Below, piece after piece: positions 51,701 through 62,006 of a stretch of DNA of 64,000 bases (position 1 is the stretch's first letter; the number at the start of each line of letters is the position of its first letter). The translations under genes and the position numbers were made by a program. A model generated the notes under the pieces. The model saw only the letters and a list, made by a program, of their open reading frames with translations, searched no databases and was not told the DNA's origin. Origin of the DNA: Podarcis melisellensis (Eukaryota); assembly GCA_964234715.1 (NCBI GenBank), contig OZ174278.1, one strand, 5' to 3'.

Positions 51701-52319
51701 TCTGGTGGAGAAGTATTAGCAGCAAATTACAGGCTGTTTGAACTTTATGGTGAGATGGGAAATCATTTCAATACAGCAGTGATAGACATAATAGAAATAT
51801 TAATTTGACTGCCTCTATTTAGATTTGAGCATTCGGTTATAAATCCATCTCTGCAGCATTTTCTGTCTAATTTCACTGAACTGGGCATTGAAAGGAGGAC
51901 AGGAAAGGAAAAGGCTTGGAAAACTAGACAGTTTATACCAAGTTATTGGAAGGGTTAAGATTTCTGACTTAGTAGTATACTGGTGGGTGGGCCTTTTTAA
52001 ATTAATGAATGGATATGTGCATAATGCATGCACATGGATATACATGTGCTTTTAATTTGTGAAACTGCTGCACAGGGCATGTACTTGGTAACTGCAGGTA
52101 TTCATTTTTCCCCCCTTTTAATCGACTGCTTTATCTTTTCCAAATGTATCTTTGACAGAATCAATTACAAAACTAAAATAATGAAACCAAACAGTTCTTG
52201 GGGGGTGAATTAAAATATACCGCTGTGAATCTGGATGGTACAGAAAAGGATGGAAAATATGTCACTTTTTAAGAAGCAATATGTTAACAGCTGGGTACCC
52301 AAAGAATCTTTATCAGGTT

Positions 52320-52585
52320 GAGAACACAAGAAAAGACAGCTGGAACAGGCCAATTGCCCATCTAGTCCAGCATCCTATTCTCACAGTGGCCAAACACGTT
52401 GCCTGTGGGAAACCAGCGAGCAGAACCCCAGCACAAGAAAACTCTCGCCTCCTGTCATTTCCAGCAACTGGTATTCAGAAGCATTGCTGCCTCTAACTGT
52501 GGAGGAGATGCATAGCCATCTAGGCTAGTAGCCACCAATAATAATTTATATAATCCTTTTTTTAAAAAGCTATCTAGGTTGTTGG
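52320..52585 (-). mobile_element. CR1 LINE 3' end
   Basis: GCCCATCTAGTCCAGCATCCTATTCTCACAGTGGCCAA...CCAGCAACTGGTATTCAGAAGCAT...GCTAGTAGCCA...TTTTAAAAAGCTATC. Confidence 0.8.
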
Positions 52586-55184
52586 TTTCGTTTTCTATAG
52601 TCCTTAAAGATATGTAAAAAGGGTAAATATTGCAAGCCCTTCGTTTGCAAATGCACAACTTTCAAACCATTCCTTTAAAATTCCGTTACATAATCCATAT
52701 TCACAGGTCAGTGGTTTTTGGATGTTTAAGTCGCTGGTAGAGGGAACGAAAGGTGTGTGTGGATCACCTGTTAAAACTTTGTTTTCGTTCAGCACCCATC
52801 TATACATTCTGCCTCCCATAACTCAAGACTGCAGTTAGGTTAATGTCCTGAGCAATTTTGTCAATTATGTGGATCACTGATGTTCTGGACCTTACTCCAC
52901 CTCCAGTTCTGTTTGTCATGCATCCCCTGCCCTAATATTGTCTGTGTGTGACTTAGCTGAGTTTCTGCCTGACCAGAAATACTATACTTGTTCTCTGATC
53001 TTCTAGTTTGACACCAGCTGATTGTCATGATACACACAACTGTTTAAATAGCTTGCCTGCTGGCTTAGACTGAGCAAAACTGAACTTTGGACTGAGCTGA
53101 GTTGTATCACACGACCTTTTGTCACGCATGTTCACAAGGTTTGCCACAATAGTACACAACCTAGCATTATCCAGACTGCCCAATGAGCATGCTATGTTTT
53201 CTTTCTAACCTTTCAAGAAACTTGTGCAATAAATGAAACAAGAAGAGCTCCCGGAACTGAAAGGTGAACAAGGAATGGCGGTAGTGTGGCATATGAAGAA
53301 AGAAATGGATAGAGGAAGCTAATCAGGAGCAAAGTTGACCTTATCAGGTGACAAATTAACATTGCAATTTAGGAGCAGCAAAATGTCACTGGTCCCTCAC
53401 TTCACGAGAGGCAGCCTCTTCAAGTGGTGGTGGCTGAAGCAGATCCAAAACAGATCAGAAATACACTTAGTGCATAGATTTCCTAAAGAAGCTAGAGTGA
53501 CATCATATTGGACAAGGTGGGGCTTCTAGACAACCAGAATGTACATGCCTGTCACCATACTGAAGACACTTCCCAGCTGTTAATGGCTAAATGTGTGCTG
53601 TGATGGGGATGGAAGGTAGGGAAGAATCACTGTGGTGGTGATTTAACCTTTGCATATCAAGAAAGAAATGCTAAGGTCAATGATGGGAGGATGTGTTCTT
53701 AAGATTTAAAAAACTGCAGAACGAGTAATCTGGGAACACCCAGGGGATCACCAGGGCTTGCAGAGACTTTGTCATAGGGCAAGCAAGTCCCACATTCCAA
53801 TCTCAGCTCAGCCACTAACCCACTAGTTAGACAAGCAACTCACCTCCTCCATTTCATCTCCCATCAGTAACAAGAATAATTTTAGACTGACAACTGTAAA
53901 ATTGTCTGTGTGTGATGCTTTCAACAAAACAATGCTATAGATCACATAGTGGGCAGGCTGCCTCTCTGCAATGAACTGCTAATACCGTGGAGCAAAAGAA
54001 CACAAAGATGCTCACGGTATTGTGTCACCCAAAGCACCTGAATGTGAATTTTCAGCGGCATGGGCAAAGCAAGCTCCCTTTTATGGTAGGTAGGTCCAGA
54101 AACGTGGAAGGTGTCATTGTGGGTCATTAAACTACAGCTAGACTTGTAGTGTAAAATGTTTACCATGTGAAGGTTGTATGTAGCCTCCTCCCCACCCTTC
54201 TTCTGTACCAGCATTCAGCCTAGTCATACCATAAGGAAGCTGATAATGTCTTCTCCTTTGCCTTGGAAGCAGCAAACGAACACAGCTCACTGAACTAACA
54301 ATATCTAAAAGGGTCAGAACATAACAAGGAAGCCATTTAGAGTGGTGAGATTGACACCGTATCTTCTTCTGCAACAAAACATTTCCCCAAGAAATGAGGC
54401 CAAGTGGATCACTGGCCCAAATCCAGTGATTTCCACATAGTGAGTCCAGGGAGAAGATGTATTTGAGTGAGAACAGATGTATGCATTTGAATCTTTGTCA
54501 TTCTGGTTTGTTCACTGAAGAAACAGCAACTGGAACAGACATTTTGGTCATTGCCAAGTTGTATTTAAGATGAATTTACCCAGCGTGCAGTATGCTTAAA
54601 ATCTGTACTTCATTCCAGATGCCAGCAGTCTTTTTTTTTTAAAAAAAAAAAAAAAGCTGTACAAAGTCAAATAAAAAGTACATAGCAGCCTGAAGGAAGA
54701 AGGTAGTTTTCATAAGCTGGGCTGAGTCAGCACAGAAAACAATTACAGTTGTTAATAGTCACTGTATTGGTATCTTCTCTTGTGAGAAATGTAATGGGAA
54801 GTGAACTCCAAAACGTAAAGGAAGCACCCTTCCACCCATTTACTTAAAGAGAAGGAGAATGACAGACAAGGAAAGATTTGAATTTGACACCACACTGCAA
54901 CAGAGAAACGTTGAACTTTTGGCAGTGCTCTCTTCTGTTGAAGATCAGGTTAAGGCATAAGTTGGCACCTAATTAGATGACGAGAAAAAGAAAGGAAATT
55001 TTACATCCCCAATATATTTTTCTTTATTATCTTTCTGGATTGCAAAAAGGAACAGAAGCCACAAAAGCTAGTTTACCAAACCATTCATTAGTTGGATACT
55101 ACATCCAAGATTCACAAACTATTAAAATGATATTTTAAATGTGTACACACTTATGGTCATAAACAATGGTTATTGTATTGATTT

Positions 55185-55222
55185 TATCTGAAGAAGTGTG
55201 CATGCACACGAAAGCTCATACC
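55185..55222 (+). ncRNA. Minimal type I hammerhead ribozyme motif (probably a relic)
   Basis: CUGAAGA (55188-55194), extra A, palindromic stem II GUGUGCAUGCACAC, GAAA (55210-55213), GC, UC. Stem I is only UAU/AUA. Confidence 0.55.
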
Positions 55223-55275
55223 AAGAACTAACTTAGTTGGTCTTTAAGGTGCTACTGGAAGGAATTTTTTTTTTG
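55185..55275 (+). mobile_element. Penelope-like element terminal fragment
   Basis: TCTGAAGAAGTGTGCATGCACACGAAAGCTCATACC...GTTGGTCTTTAAGGTGCTACTGGA resembles the short PLE remnants common in reptiles. Confidence 0.7.
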
Positions 55276-55859
55276 TTTAGTCCACTTAGATACACTTAGG
55301 CTGCAATCCTAAAGGAGAGGGGAGATGAACTACAATGGCACATCTACCACATCCAACACCTTCCTGGACTTGAGCTGACAGGGTGGGTAAGGGCAGAACA
55401 TCACTCTTGCACTCCTCTGTCAGTACCAGATGAAAGTATTATTGTGTCCTGGAACATAACTATCATTTGACACATTCCTCTTTCGTGTCTTCCTCACAAG
55501 CTTTCCAGAATGCTCCCCTTTTCCAAGATTTTGGAGGAAACCATGGTCTTGACTACTGCTTAAAACCAGGCAGTGTCCTCTCTCTATGATGTCTTAGATA
55601 AAACAGCAAAATAACTTTTGCATGAAAACTGGAGCAAATTAAAGGACCAAACTTAAGTATAGGAAGCCATCATAATTTACATTGGCTTAAGTTAACCTGG
55701 GTTAAAGTACAGCAGATCCAAAGTCAGATTAGGAGTGTGGCAACTGCTGGCTGAGCCAGCCTAAGCCTAGCAGAAGGAAAACAAGCCTTTAAAACAGAGT
55801 TTGACCTACACCCCCCTTTTTACCAGCACACTTTCCCTTGGCTTATCAGGTCACGGGAC

Positions 55860-55990
55860 TGCACTGAACAAAGAGGAGATTGAGAGAGGATATGATAGCC
55901 ATCTTCAGATATTTAAATGAAAGATTGAATTGTTGAACAGCAGTTACCATTAGAATATTCTTGCTGTTCGACAGTGGAATGGACTCTATT
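55860..55990 (+). mobile_element. CR1 ORF2 remnant
   Basis: Translates KRRLREDMIAIFRYLN, compared with CR1 KRRLRGDMIAIFKYLK. Confidence 0.75.
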
Positions 55991-56092
55991 GCCAGTATCA
56001 GACTGCCTCTGATGCTAGAATGCACAGCCATCATGCCTAGTAACCAATATCTTGCATGAATTTGTCTTTAAAGCTATCCTACTTGGAGGTTA

Positions 56093-56441
56093 GGGACGCG
56101 GGTGGCGCTGTGGTCTAAACCACTGAGCCTTGGACTTCCCAAGCGGTTCGAATCCCCACGACAGGGTGAGCTACTGTTGCTCTGTCCCAGCTCCTGCCAA
56201 CCTAGCAGTTCAAAAGCACGTCAAAGTGCAAGTAGATAAATAGGTACTACTCTGGCAGGAAGGTAAACGGCCTTTCTGTGCACTGCTCTGGTTTCACCAG
56301 AAGTGGCTTTGTCATGCTGGCCACATGACCTGGAAAAAACTGTCTGCGGACAAACACCGGCTTCCTCTGCCAGTAAAGCGAGATGAGCGCCTCAACCCCA
56401 GAGTCATTTGCGACTGGACTGTCAGGGGTCCTTTACCTTTT
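56093..56441 (+). mobile_element. Sauria SINE, full length
   Basis: GGGACGCGGGTGGCGCTGTGG head, B-box GGTTCGAATCC, CTTTACCTTT tail. 13-bp TSD TACTTGGAGGTTA at 56080-56092 and 56442-56454. Confidence 0.93.
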
Positions 56442-56547
56442 TACTTGGAGGTTATCTCTATGTCTTGGTTTGTGTATTTATGGGCATCTGGATTGTTTTT
56501 GTGGGTAAGCGGGTGTGTGTTGGGGGGAGGGCATTTACAGTGAGGCT

Positions 56548-56757
56548 GTAGTCCTAGCCCTAAAGTTTAGATCATTTCTGCCTTGCTAAATCTCCCCTCA
56601 CTACAGCTATACATCATTTTGCCTCAAAAATATTGTGTAGAAGGGACAGAGAGTCTGCCATATTCCCATCCAGAAGCGGCTGTATTTCAATGGTGAATAA
56701 AGTGGTTTGGGATCCTCTTGAAGGAGAAGCACTACATAAATATCAGTTGTTATTAAT
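56548..56757 (+). mobile_element. AmnSINE1-like ancient SINE, 3' half
   Basis: TTCTGCCTTGCTAAATCTCCCC ... CTGCCATATTCCCATCCAGAAGCGGCTGTATTTCAATGGTG ... TTTGGGATCCT...GCACTACATAAAT is collinear with the recalled consensus. Confidence 0.6.
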
Positions 56758-59093
56758 ATTTTGGCCTTTAAACGAACCAACTCTACAGCTATATTTTCAT
56801 CTTGGGGTTTTCCAGAATGGATACATCAATGCTTGGGACACTGTATAAACCTGTGCGACAAACAGAATCTTATATGGTACAGCTGGGCATTCAGAATGTT
56901 TTACACACAGATTCATCATTCCCTACCCTGCTTTCCCTATGATAACAGCAGCTTCCCAGCTTCAAGGAGCTCTGTCAAGGAGTTAAAAATGCAACACAGG
57001 GCCGCTGCTTTTGATTTAACGCAGGCAAGCTTTCCAAGGCACAGCACTGACAAGAGCACCACATATTACTTCTTTCCTCTGTGCTCTGCACACTCTCCAA
57101 AAAAACTGCACTCGAAAATTAAATCAAACCCATAAAGGCAGCCCGATACAATAAGATTTTTAAAAATTGCAATGATCTCACAGCAAGGCCAATTAATTTT
57201 GAGGAGGATTTCAAGATGAGCATAGGCACACATGTGTGATTTATGGAAATAAAGGTAAAGTCCCCTGTTGCATGTGACAATTTAAAATTATGCGCCAGAA
57301 ATCTTGGCTTAATGCAGAAGGCTCGGTAGATTTATGTGCTGAAAATGGCAATGGGTTGCAGAAAATATCGGAGACCGGAGTCACTCAAGCAACAATCCCT
57401 GTACTTGAGCTCCATCAGCAGCTTGGCTGCTGTCCTAAACACACTTCTTTATAAGTATGTCCTACAGGATCTACCATTGCACCATAGCTTTGCCCTACAC
57501 CTCAAATGAACCTCAAATTCACACGTGCCTGAGCTTTAATGAAATGTGATTGCCTCAACTCCAGAGAGGGCTCTGAGTGATCCCACTTGTCAGATGTTCA
57601 CTCAAGCCTGAACTCTTAACAGTCACATATAAGATCTGGCCAACCAATTGTTCACGGTGAAACCCAGCACAAGGTAGCAGCCCACCACCCTACAAAAAAC
57701 CCCACACCTTACAACCAGGGGGCTAAGAATACCTGAGTATCTCTGAATCTCTGAGAAGCTGGGTACCATAGCTACAAAACGTTATTATTTAAAAATCTGT
57801 CAGGAGACGCCTGGTGTTCGAGGAACACAAAATGAAGTTACAAAGCATTGCTATGAGAATTAAAGGGAGAAGGAGGGAAATCCAGAGAAGGTGAAGAAAC
57901 ACTTAACAACAACAACAAAACTGCCAAAAATGGGTTTAAATGTTAGGATCTATTCCAAATTCTTCTGCTACCACAACATAGTTTTGGCATATCTGCATAA
58001 GGGTTCTTTTTCACCCTAACACTTATCACAAAGACACATCAAAAACAAACAGTTGAGCCAATCCTGAGAAGAAATGAGAGGGAAAGCAGTAAAAGAAGGA
58101 ATCATTAGCACTTTACAAGTAGAGTGTGAGAAGGCTGCAAATCAATCAACTTAATTTAACACAAACAGAGGTGGGGGCAACATCCTACATGGGTGAATGA
58201 AGAGAAGGAATGGGAGGGCTGTGAGGGGCTGTCTCCTCAGACCATGCTCCGCCTCCTGCCAAACTAGTGCTATCCCAGGCATTGCTGTGCCAATTTGCCC
58301 TGACAATAATTACCTGGACTTCCCTGACAGATCATTATGAGAACATTAGCAAGGTATTAGAGAGAATTACCCATTTTTCACACATTGATTACATGCCATT
58401 GCTGGCTCATTAGCTTATCAGCTTTTAATAGCCCCGTTCTAACTAGGGGCTCCCTCCTTTAAGCTACCTTCCAAACCCACTTAACCCAGCGGAAAGCAGC
58501 AAGCACACACTTCCCTAAATCAAAGAAAGTGCCCAGATGCATTTGCCTCATTCAGGAAGGACCTCATTAATCTATTGCCTGCAGTTGTGAAGTAAGGCAA
58601 AGGCTGTGCATGTGTCCTACAAGTTCCATTCTTTTGCAGTGTGTCTGCCTCTCTCACCAGTGCCACAACTATGAGTGAATTATTGCAGAGGCCATGGATG
58701 TGGGAGCAGGATGGAAGCATGAATCACAGGCTTCAATCCCATAAGATAATTTAGCATGTGTGTGGTGGGGTGTTAAGAAGCAGCTGGGGTTTGGTAGGGA
58801 GTGCGTCTTAACAGAAAATGAGCAGATAAATCCCAAAGTGAATTTGTATTTGACAGTGTGCATCTCTGGCTTGTAGCCTCAGCATTTAGAAAATAAAACA
58901 TGGAGTGGATTTGAGAGCACTGGGCTCCACCTCCCTCTTTTGACCAGCCAGGCTCAGATTTGGAGAAGAACAGCGTTTCAAAGAGGAGTCAGATGCTTCC
59001 CTCAGCCTTATATTCATGGATTAAAATATGATGCATGAAGGTTCAGTGTTACTGTATGGGATTTAGAGCACTAGGGAACACAATTCTCTATAT

Positions 59094-59231
59094 CAGGAAT
59101 AGGGAACATATGGCCCATCAGATGTTCCTGGACCACAGCTCCCATCATCCCTGACCCATTGGCTATGCTATACTGGCAGGAGCTAATGGGAATTAAGTCC
59201 CACAATATCTAGAGAGCCACAGGTTTCCCTA
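59094..59231. mobile_element. Palindromic hAT MITE
   Basis: CAGGAATAGGGAAC...CTCCCATCATCCCTGACCCATTGGC...GAGCCACAGGTTTCCC. Confidence 0.7.
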
Positions 59232-60313
59232 TAGAACACTGGGATGTATTTCAGAGAACTTCCTGCGTTTGGAGGGCATATTTATTAGAAGAAGAAATGG
59301 GGGAATGGGGACACACTTTGTGATGTACCTGTTATCTCTTATCAAATCCATCTCTGTCTCAACCTCCACTCCCCACTCCACAACTTCCCAACGACATCAA
59401 TTCCAAAAGCTTCCCTGAACTCTTCACCCAATTAATGCAATCCTTGTTTCCAGGGAAACATGGAAACTGACTCAGGTTGTTGTCTGCATGGCCTTAGGAA
59501 TACCAATCTCCAGCTGTGCTCCACATATGTTCTCTATTCTCATGGTTGTTCAGGTATCAACTTTTCAGTAGGAGACACAATTGGATTTGAAATTTATATA
59601 TTCCAAGTTCAAGACAAGGGTAGGGTAGTCCAGGTCAGCAGGATTATTTCCCCTACTGAAGTCAATCACCATATTGTGCCTCTGGAAGCAACAGCAAGGC
59701 TAAGCAACAAGAGGTGACTTGTGACAGAGGATTTTTCAGTCACCCCCCTTCCTTATACATCACCACCACCTGTCCACCTATGCAGACAATGAATTTCATT
59801 TGAGTCGTATGTTTGAGAAGGTAAGGCAATCCTCTTAACCCTATTATGCAACTGATTGTGCCTTCCTAATCCAGCAAGGCCTAGCACAGTTACTGTGATC
59901 AGGAGGTTCTATTCTTTCTTTCCCCCCTCAATTTAAAGCTGCACATCAAAGCAGGCTGGAATATAAGAGATGAATTATTGAATTATTGAGGCATCACAAG
60001 CTGAGCACTCGGCGGGATGGTGAGATTATAGGACAATTGGAGATGCAGGTCCTGCAAAGGAAACAGGGTCAAAAAGCAAACAGTCTTCAGGCACAACCAA
60101 AGGGAACAAAAAGAAAGAGGGAGATGAAGAAGGGTGGGGATTCATTTCCTTCTAAGAGCTTCACCTGTTCCTTGATGAAGGGATAAATGAGCAGAAAGGG
60201 TCAACAGAGGCCCCTGTTTATATGCTGGAATGCCGATGACTGAAGTTGAGATTGTAAAAGAGCCCTGTTAAATTAGTTACTACAAAGAGGAGAGTTTAGG
60301 TCTTCTTGAAATA

Positions 60314-60744
60314 CAGGGATGTGTGAATCTGTCAGTTTCATGGTCTCTCATTTTTTAGTTCTCCACATTTCCACTTCAGTTTGTGATTATTTTTTTCCTT
60401 TTAAAAAAAGTTTCTCATGAAAATTCACCAGTGCACATTTCTCCTAATATTAACACCTGCATGCAATTTTGCCTGGGATGCACATTTTTGCAGAGCAATT
60501 CTCCCCAATGCAATGCAGTTTTGTATGCTGCTTTCCCTAATACATGCATTATTGTGCACATTACCCTACCTAGTATATGTATTCTTGTACACATTGCCTG
60601 GCTGGAGAATTGCATTGTAAACATTGGGAAAGTATGCATTTTGAAAGATGGTGATGCTTTGGTTCACAGAGTCTTTTGGAAAGTGTGAATTAGGTAGGGT
60701 AGCTTTTAAATGTGGACTGAATAGAATTTACCACCCACCCCCTA
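60314..60744. mobile_element. hAT non-autonomous element, same family as 29479-29874
   Basis: Shares AGGGATG.GTGAATCTGTCA, AGTTCTCCACATTTCCA, CATGAAAATTCA and TTTCTCCTAATAT with that copy. Confidence 0.75.
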
Positions 60745-61340
60745 TGTCAAACTTAATCCCACAGGTTCCTAGGAGTGAGTAGCCAATTGCTGATTCACAT
60801 TGGAAGGTGTACATGCAAAAGTAACTAATTACATTATGTACATTATGTTATGGGACAGCATGACCAAGGCTGGGCTTCCTTGGAAGAGCAAATACAGAAG
60901 AATTATGGTACTTTTGTACTATTTAATTTATTTACAAATGCACAAGCACAGGTGGAGGCAAATGGCATGTGAGCTCATGCCAGGCAGCTGATCCACCAGC
61001 TCACCTCAGATCTCCAGAGAGAGGCACCTGGCCCTCCATAATGTTTGTAGCCTGCAGGTAATGCTGTGCTTCTCTTTCAAACTTATTTATTCACATGCAC
61101 ATACCCGTATACACATCTCTGCCCCCTCCCATTTAGGTGTGCCAAACTTCTGATGACTTTCTTGATACAGAAAAGTTTGGAATCAGAAAGTCACCAGAAC
61201 CATCTTCCAACAATTAGCTCCCATATAGAGAGATCAGCTGGATATCCTGGACCGTAAGAAAATACGTGCATTATTCTGTCAGATCTCAGGCTGTGATCAG
61301 TCATTGCTGGAAGACAAACCCTGAGTGCTAGATCGCAACC

Positions 61341-62006
61341 CAGGGGCATAGAAAGCCGGCTGAACTTGACGCTGCCTGTGTAGTGGAACCTAGTGGAGTT
61401 GAGTTGCACCACAACGCCAAAGCGTCCCCTTCCCACCTCTGTGGTCGGGCTCATGAGTGGTTGGCCAAGCCCTGCTCTCCCTGCCTATCCATGTCTCGCC
61501 CTCACTCGGGTGCTGTGTGTGTGTCTGTGTGGCTGCGGTCGAATCTGTGCTGCTCACGGGGCAAGGCAGGATCCTTCTGGGGCTGATGCGGACTCCTGAG
61601 CAGGGCATGGAGGCAGGAGAGGCTGTGGTTCCCTGCTTTTGCCTTTCATTTAAGGGCCAAGGCACGCTGGTTTTTTTGGGGGGGGGGAGTGGTGCCCAGG
61701 AGAGCTCTGCAGCCCAGCTGGTCTGAGAGGAGAGAGAAAGATCATGTGCTGGTTTAGGGGTGGAGAGGAGAGGAGGGAAGCAAGAAGGAGAGTTGTCTCT
61801 GACAAGGCAAGGTGGGATCAGGACCAGCAACAGCATCGCCTGAGCGGCTTTCTTTCATGGGGGTTGCAGGGAGGGAAGGGGGAAGGCGGGATCTGCATCG
61901 TGATCACCTGCGAGGCTCTCTTTGACAGTTTTCAATTTCAATGGGGGGGGGGAGGATGACGGAAAAAAAATTGCACAGGGTACCACCTGACCTTGCTATG
62001 CCACTG
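61341..62006. mobile_element. hAT non-autonomous element with GC-rich interior
   Basis: TIRs CAGGGGCATAG / CTATGCCACTG. 8-bp TSD TCGCAACC (61333-61340) / TCACAACC (62007-62014), differing by one CpG-type transition. Confidence 0.8.

Noticed and set aside
51195-51725. 176-aa ORF (-) overlapping a 120-aa ORF (+)
   Set aside because: No recognisable domain and no convincing splice or start context. The length is within chance expectation.
54630-54655. T-run followed by an A-run, a terminator-like palindrome
   Set aside because: Abutting homopolymers recur elsewhere in the window (e.g. ~10000) and are common low-complexity sequence.
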